A DNA stretch of 24,000 bases. It comes from Phycisphaerales bacterium. Its GTDB lineage: Bacteria > Planctomycetota > Phycisphaerae > Phycisphaerales > UBA1924. The stretch spans positions 1,911,694 to 1,935,693 of the forward strand of contig OZ245827.1 in NCBI GenBank assembly GCA_965228645.1. The letters are read 5' to 3'. The stretch's first letter is position 1; each line of letters opens with the position of its first letter. This document shows positions 1 to 6,507 of the stretch, piece after piece. A program made the translations under genes and the position numbers. The notes beneath the pieces were generated by a model. The model was given only the letters and a program-made list of their open reading frames with translations, ran no database searches and was not told where the DNA came from.

Positions 1-706
1 CTCGCCAGACTCCTCGAACTCGGGCGTCACGTCCACGGTCGCAAAGCTCGTCTGGCGTTTGCCCTGCGCGTTGAAGGGGCTCACGCGTGCCAGGCGGTGC
101 GTGCCTCGCTCGCAGTTAAGATACCCGAACACAAACGGGCCCTTGACGTGGAGCGTCACGTGGTCGATCCCGACCTCGGTGCCGTAGGACTTGCTGAGCT
201 CCTCGACCTTCCAGCCCTGGCGCTCGAAGTAGTACAGGTACATCCGCAGGAGCATCTCGGCCCAGTCGTTGGCCTCGGTCCCGCCGTCGCCGGCGCTGAT
301 CGTAAAGAAGCAGTCGCGGTGGTCGTGCTTGCCCGAGAGCAGCGACTGGAGCTCGAGCTTGTCCATCTGCCTTGTCAGGTCAAAGAGCGCGTTGTCCGCC
401 TCGACGAGCAGGTCGTCATCGCTCTCCTCGCGGGCCATCTCGTAGGCGAGCTTGGCGTCCTCGAGCTGGGCGGTCATCTTCTGGATGGGCTCGGTCTGGG
501 CCCGGGCGAGCTTGAGCTCAGCGAGCACCTTCTGGGCCTCGGTCTGGCTGTTCCAGAAATCGCTCGAGTTCATCCGCTCCGTCAGTTTCGCGACGGTCTC
601 GACCTTTTTGTCGTAGTTAAAGAGAGTCGCGGATCGTCAAAATCCGCGCCTCGAGGTCGTTGATGACCGGTGTATGAACCTGAAAGTGGAGCGTATTTTC
701 GTCCAT
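1..706 (-). CDS. prfB: Peptide chain release factor 2, partial (3' end lies beyond the left window edge). Requires a +1 programmed ribosomal frameshift.
   Basis: Minus-strand ATG at 706-704 gives MDENTLHFQVHTPVINDLEARILTIRDSL followed by an in-frame TAA (619-617). Shifting +1 (AAC at 618-616) continues NYDKKVETVAKLTERMNSSDFWNSQTEAQKVL...TISAGDGGTEANDWAEMLLRMYLYYFERQGW...RGTHRLARVSPFNAQGKRQTSFATVDV. This is colinear with E. coli RF2 (..RGYL/DYDAKKERLEEV.., [35 protein letters not shown]). The frame stays open to position 1. The ORF track does not list it because it has no stop in the window. Confidence 0.93.
616..622 (-). promoter_or_regulatory. prfB +1 programmed frameshift site, CTT TAA C
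   Basis: Reverse complement of 616-622 is CTTTAAC. The zero-frame Leu codon CTT (622-620) is followed by stop TAA (619-617). Only the +1 frame continues the RF2 homology. This has the same architecture as the classical CUU UGA C cassette, but with UAA. Confidence 0.85.
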
Positions 707-740
707 GGTGGCTCAGTGTAGCCGCTACGCTGGGGGTGAG

Positions 741-1106
741 ATGAACCCCGGACCAACCGTCACGCTCGCCTCGTCGGACCAGCTCCTGGCCGCGGCTCTG
801 CTGGCGATGGTCGTGATCGTCGTCGCCTCGGGCTCGCTCGCGCTTCTGCTTATCGTCCGAGCCCGATTCAAACGCAACCTCGGACGCAACCCCAGGAAAC
901 CGAAGCACATCCCCGACGCCTGGGTCGAAGCCGGTCGCAGGCTGGACGTCCCGCCGGGCGATCTCCCGCCCCGGGGCTCGCAGAGCGATGACCCGGATGA
1001 CGACGGCGATGACGATGGCAACGACGACGATGATGACGACGACGACGGCGACATCGAGCCCAACCCCTCGACTCCGAGCTCGCCCGAGATCGCGGCAAGC
1101 CTCTGA
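741..1106 (+). CDS. Small single-pass membrane protein with a basic juxtamembrane segment and a poly-Asp C-terminal tail (hypothetical)
   Basis: ATG at 741 is preceded by GGGGGTGAG. The translation is MNPGPTVTLASSDQLLAAALLAMVVIVVASGSLALLLIV (TM helix), RARFKRNLGRNPRKPKH (basic), then DDPDDDGDDDGNDDDDDDDDGD. Third codon positions are strongly G/C, like neighbouring genes. The longer ORF from 705 is possible but lacks an SD. I recognised no homolog. Confidence 0.55.
   Translation: MNPGPTVTLASSDQLLAAALLAMVVIVVASGSLALLLIVRARFKRNLGRNPRKPKHIPDAWVEAGRRLDVPPGDLPPRGSQSDDPDDDGDDDGNDDDDDDDDGDIEPNPSTPSSPEIAASL
987..1052 (+). repeat. GAY-rich low-complexity tract encoding the poly-Asp tail
   Basis: gatgacccggatgacgacggcgatgacgatggcaacgacgacgatgatgacgacgacgacggcgac, almost entirely GAT/GAC codons. 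Confidence 0.7.
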
Positions 1107-1120
1107 ATTCTGCGGGTGCA

Positions 1121-1146
1121 ACGGGTTGCCTCGAAGAGCAACCCGT
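1121..1146. terminator. Stem-loop downstream of the small membrane protein gene (candidate terminator, no U-tract)
   Basis: ACGGGTTGC (1121-1129) and GCAACCCGT (1138-1146) form a perfect 9-bp stem with an 8-nt loop, 15 nt after the stop at 1106. No T-run follows, so intrinsic-terminator function is uncertain. Confidence 0.3.
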
Positions 1147-1153
1147 GCAGTAT

Positions 1154-1238
1154 GGTGCCATCACCGATCTCTGATCGGTGATGCGTTTGCGTACGGGATA
1201 CAAGAGGGAATCACCCATCGAAGATGGGTGATGGCACC
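1154..1238. repeat. Pair of paralogous 21-25-nt hairpins nested inside a 12-nt long-range inverted repeat, between convergent genes
   Basis: Hairpin A is at 1159-1183: CATCACCGATC-tct-GATCGGTGATG (11 bp). Hairpin B is at 1211-1231: TCACCCATC-gaa-GATGGGTGA (9 bp). The outer inverted repeat is GGTGCCATCACC (1154-1165) with GGTGATGGCACC (1227-1238). On the minus strand, hairpin B is followed by TTCCCTCTTGT just after the TPR gene stop (1241). Confidence 0.6.
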
Positions 1239-1240
1239 GT

Positions 1241-2284
1241 TCAACCCGGTCCCGAGTCTGCCCCTCCCGCCAAACGCTCGGCCATCTTGCCCGCCAGCTC
1301 GTGACCGAGCATCTGCGCCATCTTGGCCTTGGCCAGCGCTGCATCTGTATTCCCCGCTCGCTCGTGCCACTGCGCGCCCTGGAATGCCAGTTCCGCGTCG
1401 GCCGGGCTTGCCAAAAGCGCTTCTTCGAACAGAGCCGCCGCGTCGGCTGGGCGCTGCAGAAGCCCCATGCACCCGGCGCAGATCTCCAGCACCGCGTGCT
1501 GATAGAGCTGATCCTTTGGGAGCGCGAGCATCAGCGTGAGCGCCTCTTCCGGCTTGTTGAGCCTTCGCAGGATCCTCGCCTCCAGAATCCGGTGCGCCAG
1601 TTGCTCCGGGTCGATCTCACGCGAGCGCCGGATGTACCGCAGCGCCAACTCGTTCTGGTTCTCGTCCAGCGCAATCTGCGCCAGGACCGCAGGCGCGATC
1701 GGGTTTGTCTCATCCAGCTTCACCGACGCCAGCAGGCTCGCCTTGGCCTCGCCCACCTGCCCGAGCTTGTGCTGCGTCACGCCAAGATAGAGGGCGATCT
1801 CCGCGCTGCCCGGCTTGGCCGCCCTGGCCATCGAGAAGTGCTCCAGCGCCCGGTCGGCCTTCCCGATCGAACTGGCAAGCGTCCCCGCGAGGAACTCGAT
1901 CTCGGCATCCTGCGGCCCGATCGCCAGCGCCGCCTCGTACTGCTCGTACGCCTCGGGCACCCGCTTGAGATCGAGCAGCACCTCCGCGTACGCCAGCCGA
2001 AGGGCCTGATCTTCGAGGTGCTCGGAGACCGCTGCCCTGAGCACCGCCTCGGCTTTGGCGAACTCTTCGCTGCCCCGGTACGCCCGAGCCGCCCCGAGGG
2101 CCGCCTCGATCGCGTGCGCTGGCGTCGCCTTCTCAGAAGCCGAGGCGTCGGCCTGCTTTGGAAGAGCACCCGAGCCCAAGCCCAGCACGAACCACGCCCC
2201 CACAGCCACGATCCCGAGACCGACCACCGCGAGCAAGCCCGCCAACAGTCCCCTGGAACCCCGTTTCTCGTTGCCTGATGTCAT
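1241..2284 (-). CDS. Membrane-anchored TPR-repeat protein
   Basis: 347-aa ORF starting at ATG 2284-2282. The N-terminal TM helix is LLAGLLAVVGLGIVAVGAWFVLGL. It is followed by repeated Ala/Leu/Tyr-patterned 34-aa helical-hairpin units, e.g. AEAVLRAAVSEHLEDQALRLAYAEVLLDLKRVPEAYEQYEAALAIGP and AEIALYLGVTQHKLGQVGEAKASLLASVKLDETNP. Confidence 0.85.
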   Translation of the reverse strand: MTSGNEKRGSRGLLAGLLAVVGLGIVAVGAWFVLGLGSGALPKQADASASEKATPAHAIEAALGAARAYRGSEEFAKAEAVLRAAVSEHLEDQALRLAYAEVLLDLKRVPEAYEQYEAALAIGPQDAEIEFLAGTLASSIGKADRALEHFSMARAAKPGSAEIALYLGVTQHKLGQVGEAKASLLASVKLDETNPIAPAVLAQIALDENQNELALRYIRRSREIDPEQLAHRILEARILRRLNKPEEALTLMLALPKDQLYQHAVLEICAGCMGLLQRPADAAALFEEALLASPADAELAFQGAQWHERAGNTDAALAKAKMAQMLGHELAGKMAERLAGGADSGPG

Positions 2285-2320
2285 CGGTGATGGTATCGGC
2301 CCCCATACACTGCTGGCTCA

Positions 2321-5300
2321 ATGACCAAGCCAGCACCAACCGAACTTCCCGCCAAGTACGTCCCCGCCGAGCACGAGCCCTCGGTCAGCGCCCGCTGGGA
2401 CGAGGCCCGCGCGTTCCACGCCGACCCCGCCCGGGTCCTCTCGGGCGAGGCCAAGCCCTACTGCATCATCATCCCGCCCCCCAACGTCACCGCGGCCCTC
2501 CACCTCGGGCACGCGCTCAACAACACACTCCAAGACGTCCTCATCCGCTACCACCGGATGCGGGGCTACGAAACCCTCTGGATGCCAGGCACCGACCACG
2601 CGGGCATCGCGACCCAGACCGTCGTCGAGAAACGCGTCCTCGCCGACGAGGGCAAAAAACGCACCGACTTCGAGCGCGACGAGTTCGTCGCCAAGATCCA
2701 GGCCTTCAAGGACGAGTACGAAGCCCAGATCACGCGCCAGTTCAAGGCCATGGGCTGCAGCTGCGACTGGGAACGCCAGCGCTTCACCATGGACGAGATC
2801 TGCGCCCGGGCTGTCCGCGAGGCCTTCTTCCGCCTTTTCAAAGACGGCCTCATCTACCGCGGCAAGCGCCTCGTCAACTGGGACCCCGTCACCCAGACCG
2901 CCCTCGCCGACGACGAGGTCGAGAACGAGGAGATCGAGGGCATCTTCGCCTACCTGCGCTACCCGCTCGTGGCTCCGTCTTCCTCCCTCTCCCCTCCGGG
3001 GGAGAGGGCCGGGGTGAGGGGGTCTTCTGCATCCCTCTCTCCAGACGATGTCCGCCCCGTGACCTGGTCCGAGCTGGCCGCCAAGGGCTACCCCGGCGCC
3101 GACCAGTTCCCCGAGGACGATCAGGCCTTCGTCACCGTCGCCACGACCCGACCCGAGACGTACCTGGGCGACACCGCTGTCGCGATGAACAAACGCGACC
3201 CGAGGCACAAGTCGCTCGAAGGCCTCTTCGTCGAGCTGCCCCTCGTCGGGCGGATCATCCCGATCATCGAGGACGACTACGTTGTGCTCCCCATTGCCCT
3301 CGGCGGCGACGAGAACGACGCCAAGGCCAAGATGGCGACCGGCTTCCTCAAGGTCACCCCCGCGCACGATCCCAACGACTGGGAGATCGGGCTGCGCCAC
3401 GACCTGCCCAAAATCAATGTCATGGCGCCCGACGCCTCCATCTCCGCTGACCACGGCTGGGAGGACTACGACCCCCACCACGGCGCGCACGTCTTCATCG
3501 GGCTCTCACGCGAAAGCGCGAGACAGAAAGTGCTCGACGAGTTCAAGGCTCGGGGCCTGCTCGAAGCGGTCAAGCCCCACGTGCACAGCGTGGGCCACAG
3601 CTACCGCTCGCACGCCGCCATCGAGCCCTACCTCTCCGACCAGTGGTATGTAAAGGTCACCGACGACCGCCTCCGTGGCTCAGCGCTGCGAGCGATGTCC
3701 GAAGGCCAGCGCACGAGCAACCTGCTCCTCCCCCGCGAAAGCAACGAGCACGACGGCAAGCTCGAATTCACGCCCCCCCGCTATGCCAAGACCTTCGAGC
3801 AGTGGCACGAGAACCTCCGCGACTGGTGCATCAGCAGGCAGCTCTGGTGGGGGCACAGGATTCCAATTTGGTACCAAACTCAGACGGAAGCTCTTACGGA
3901 AGGTGTTAACCCAATCAAGTTGGGCGATTACGAAGGTTCACCAGTCAAGTTCGGTTTTCTCACTAATGAGCAGAATGAGGCGGTTGCTGTTCGTAGGCAT
4001 AGCAGCACTTCGCCGTCTGGTGACGAGCTTTACAACCACATAATCGTCTGCGTCCCACCCGGTCGAGATGATATCGAACAGCTATTCCATCAGAATGGCT
4101 TCACCCAAGACCCCGACGTCCTCGACACCTGGTTCAGCTCAGCGCTCTGGCCCATGTCCACGATGGGCTGGCCCGATGCGAAAGCCGCTGGCCCCGAGTT
4201 CGCCGGCCTCCTCGACGCCTTCAACCCGAGCTCCGTCCTGACCACCGCGCGGGAGATCATCACCCTCTGGGTCTCGCGCATGGTCATGTTCAACCGCTAT
4301 CTGCTTGCAGATGACGAAACCAAGGCCGGCGATGCACAACTCCCGTTCTCTGACGTCTTCATCCACGCCATGATCCAGGATGGCGAAGGCCGCAAGATGT
4401 CCAAGTCGCTGGGCAATGGCGTCGACCCGCTCGACATCATCGAATCCCACGGCACCGACGCCATGCGCCTCACCCTCTGCGAGATGACCACGCAGACCCA
4501 GGACGTCCGCATGCCCGTCGAACGAGACGAAACCACCGGCAAGAACACGAGCCCCAAGTTCGACAAGGGACGCAACTTCTGCACCAAGCTCTGGAACGCG
4601 ACCAAGTTCGTCCTCATGATGCTGGGCGAAAAGTCCGGGGGCGAGCCCGCCTCCGTCAGCCCCAAAGACCTCGACGTCATCGACCGCTGGATGCTCTCGC
4701 GCCTGGCGCGGGCGACGAAGCAGATCGACGACTCGGTCGCGTCGTACCAGTTCAGCAACTATGCCTCCGCGATCTTCGACGTGCTCCGGAGCGACTACTG
4801 CGACTGGTACCTCGAAGGCGTCAAGCCCACACTGGCGACCAAGCCGGGCCAACGCATCGTGCTCCAGCAGGTCCTCGAGACGGTCGTACGACTCATGCAC
4901 CCGGTCGCGCCCTTCATCACCGAGACGATCGCCCAGCCCGTCAGAGCCGCATTCGTCGGCAAGATCGAGGGTCTCGACCTGCCCGCGGGGCGCAACCCGG
5001 ATCTCGTGTGCTTGACGGGCTGGCCCAAGGTGAGCGCAGCGCTCATCGACACGGACGCGGAGAAACGCTTTACGCGCATGCAGACGCTCGTCGAATCGAT
5101 CCGCAAAGTCCGCGCACAGCACAAAGTCCCGCCCCGTCGCCAGATCGTGCTGCACGCGGATTCGGACATGGTCGCAAGCCTCGCGGGGCTCGGTCAGGTC
5201 ACGGAAACCCTCGCGGGGCTCGACGCGATCACGACGGCAGCGCCCGCGGGCGAGGCGGTCGCGTTCGACTTCGATGGCGTGGAACTCAAGCTCTCCAACC

Positions 5301-5515
5301 TCGCCGACGCCGTGGACGCGGACACCGAGCGTGAGCGCCTGCAGACGGTGCTCAAGGAGCTCGAAGGCTCCATCTCGGCGCTCGAAAAGCGTCTGTCGAA
5401 TCCGGGCTACACCGACAAGGCCCCGGCGCACCTCGTCGCCGAGACCCGCGCCAAGCTCGACCAGCAGATCGCCGAGCGCGACGCCACGCAGACTCGCCTC
5501 AAGGAACTCGGATGA
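2321..5515 (+). CDS. valS: Valine--tRNA ligase
   Basis: 1064 aa. Class I signatures are present: PPPNVTAALHLGH (HIGH-type), a literal KMSKS, TTRPETYLGDTAV, WCISRQLWWGHRIP, DVLDTWFSSALWP and a C-terminal coiled coil. The protein is colinear with E. coli ValRS apart from two inserts (see findings). Confidence 0.98.
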   Translation: MTKPAPTELPAKYVPAEHEPSVSARWDEARAFHADPARVLSGEAKPYCIIIPPPNVTAALHLGHALNNTLQDVLIRYHRMRGYETLWMPGTDHAGIATQTVVEKRVLADEGKKRTDFERDEFVAKIQAFKDEYEAQITRQFKAMGCSCDWERQRFTMDEICARAVREAFFRLFKDGLIYRGKRLVNWDPVTQTALADDEVENEEIEGIFAYLRYPLVAPSSSLSPPGERAGVRGSSASLSPDDVRPVTWSELAAKGYPGADQFPEDDQAFVTVATTRPETYLGDTAVAMNKRDPRHKSLEGLFVELPLVGRIIPIIEDDYVVLPIALGGDENDAKAKMATGFLKVTPAHDPNDWEIGLRHDLPKINVMAPDASISADHGWEDYDPHHGAHVFIGLSRESARQKVLDEFKARGLLEAVKPHVHSVGHSYRSHAAIEPYLSDQWYVKVTDDRLRGSALRAMSEGQRTSNLLLPRESNEHDGKLEFTPPRYAKTFEQWHENLRDWCISRQLWWGHRIPIWYQTQTEALTEGVNPIKLGDYEGSPVKFGFLTNEQNEAVAVRRHSSTSPSGDELYNHIIVCVPPGRDDIEQLFHQNGFTQDPDVLDTWFSSALWPMSTMGWPDAKAAGPEFAGLLDAFNPSSVLTTAREIITLWVSRMVMFNRYLLADDETKAGDAQLPFSDVFIHAMIQDGEGRKMSKSLGNGVDPLDIIESHGTDAMRLTLCEMTTQTQDVRMPVERDETTGKNTSPKFDKGRNFCTKLWNATKFVLMMLGEKSGGEPASVSPKDLDVIDRWMLSRLARATKQIDDSVASYQFSNYASAIFDVLRSDYCDWYLEGVKPTLATKPGQRIVLQQVLETVVRLMHPVAPFITETIAQPVRAAFVGKIEGLDLPAGRNPDLVCLTGWPKVSAALIDTDAEKRFTRMQTLVESIRKVRAQHKVPPRRQIVLHADSDMVASLAGLGQVTETLAGLDAITTAAPAGEAVAFDFDGVELKLSNLADAVDADTERERLQTVLKELEGSISALEKRLSNPGYTDKAPAHLVAETRAKLDQQIAERDATQTRLKELG
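2981..3042. repeat. Palindromic GC-rich element embedded in-frame in valS
   Basis: CCCTCTCCCC (2985-2994), loop TCCG, GGGGAGAGGG (2999-3008) form a perfect 10-bp stem. A third arm copy CCCTCTCTCC lies at 3033-3042. The element translates as SSLSPPGERAGVRGSSASLSP. Confidence 0.65.
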
Positions 5516-6507
5516 TGCGCTTTGCTTGCATCCTTGGGATCGCGTCGATCGTCGGCTGCGCGAGCGTTGATCGCTTCGAGCCCGTGCGAGAGCCCGCCGA
5601 GGCTGCGCCGAGCGTACGCACGCCCGCGTACTCGCATGTGCTCTCGGTCGAGCCCTGGAAGTTTGGCGACAGCGCCGGCTCGATCGTCCGCACGCAGCAC
5701 TACCGCGTCTTTACGACCTCGGATCGCCCCATCATCCGCCAGGTCCTGCCCGGCTTCCTCGAAGCCTCGCTCGTGCAGTACCGCTCGGCGCTTGGCGACC
5801 TTCCGCCGCCACCGGTCAAGCTGGACACCTACCTCATGGACACGCGCCCGCAGTGGGCGGCCCTGACGCGCGCTCTCATGCAGGACCGCGCCGACATCTA
5901 CCTCCAGATCGAGCGCGGCGGGTTCGCAGCCCAGGGGCGGGGTGTCTACCGCGACCTTGGCCCCCTGACCGACACGCTCAACCTGGCAGCGCACGAGGGC
6001 TGGCACCAGTACACGCAGCTGACCTTCAAGTCGCGTCTGCCCGTCTTCCTCGAAGAGGGCATCGCGACATACATGGAAGGCTTCCGATTCGACCCGGCAA
6101 GGCCGGACGTGCCGATATTCATGCCCTGGGCGAACACGGAGCGGTACGACCAGCTCAGGCGAGCCGTGACCGCCGGGCGCCTGCTCTCGCTCGACACGAT
6201 CATGACAACCCCGCCGCAGGACCTGATCGCGACAGACCAGGAGCTGGCGCTCACGTGGTACGCGCAGGTCTGGGCGCTGGTCCACTTCCTGCACGAGGGC
6301 GAGAGCGGGCTCTATACGAACGCGCTGCACGCCATGCTCGCCGACGCGGCGACCGGCTCACAGCGTGGCGTTGCACGCCTGCCCATTTCCAGGTACATCA
6401 GCACGCCCGCAGACGAACTCGACGATCAGTATCAGGCCTTCATCCGCCAGATCACGGCGTCTGGCGCACGCAACCGGATCGTCGAGGGGCGCTCGCCCCT
6501 GCGCTGA
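5512..6507 (+). CDS. Lipoprotein with an HExxH motif (putative zinc metallopeptidase-like, possibly DUF1570-type)
   Basis: 331 aa. The signal peptide plus lipobox is MMRFACILGIASIVG|C. An HExxH motif occurs in LAAHEGWHQY. The ATG (5512) overlaps the valS stop (5513-5515) as ATGA. The DUF1570 assignment is from memory of that family and was not searched. Confidence 0.8.
   Translation: MMRFACILGIASIVGCASVDRFEPVREPAEAAPSVRTPAYSHVLSVEPWKFGDSAGSIVRTQHYRVFTTSDRPIIRQVLPGFLEASLVQYRSALGDLPPPPVKLDTYLMDTRPQWAALTRALMQDRADIYLQIERGGFAAQGRGVYRDLGPLTDTLNLAAHEGWHQYTQLTFKSRLPVFLEEGIATYMEGFRFDPARPDVPIFMPWANTERYDQLRRAVTAGRLLSLDTIMTTPPQDLIATDQELALTWYAQVWALVHFLHEGESGLYTNALHAMLADAATGSQRGVARLPISRYISTPADELDDQYQAFIRQITASGARNRIVEGRSPLR

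Noticed and set aside
2158-3490. Long ORFs at 2158-3450 (+, 430 aa) and 2318-3490 (-, 390 aa) overlapping the 5' third of valS
   Set aside because: They are off-frame or antisense readings of a high-GC gene. The products are Arg/Pro/Gly/Asp-rich with no motifs, while the valS frame has unambiguous full-length homology.
4139-5431. 430-aa ORF antisense to the valS 3' half
   Set aside because: It has the typical antisense composition of high-GC DNA (R, G, D, V, E runs) and no recognisable domain. It lies wholly inside valS.
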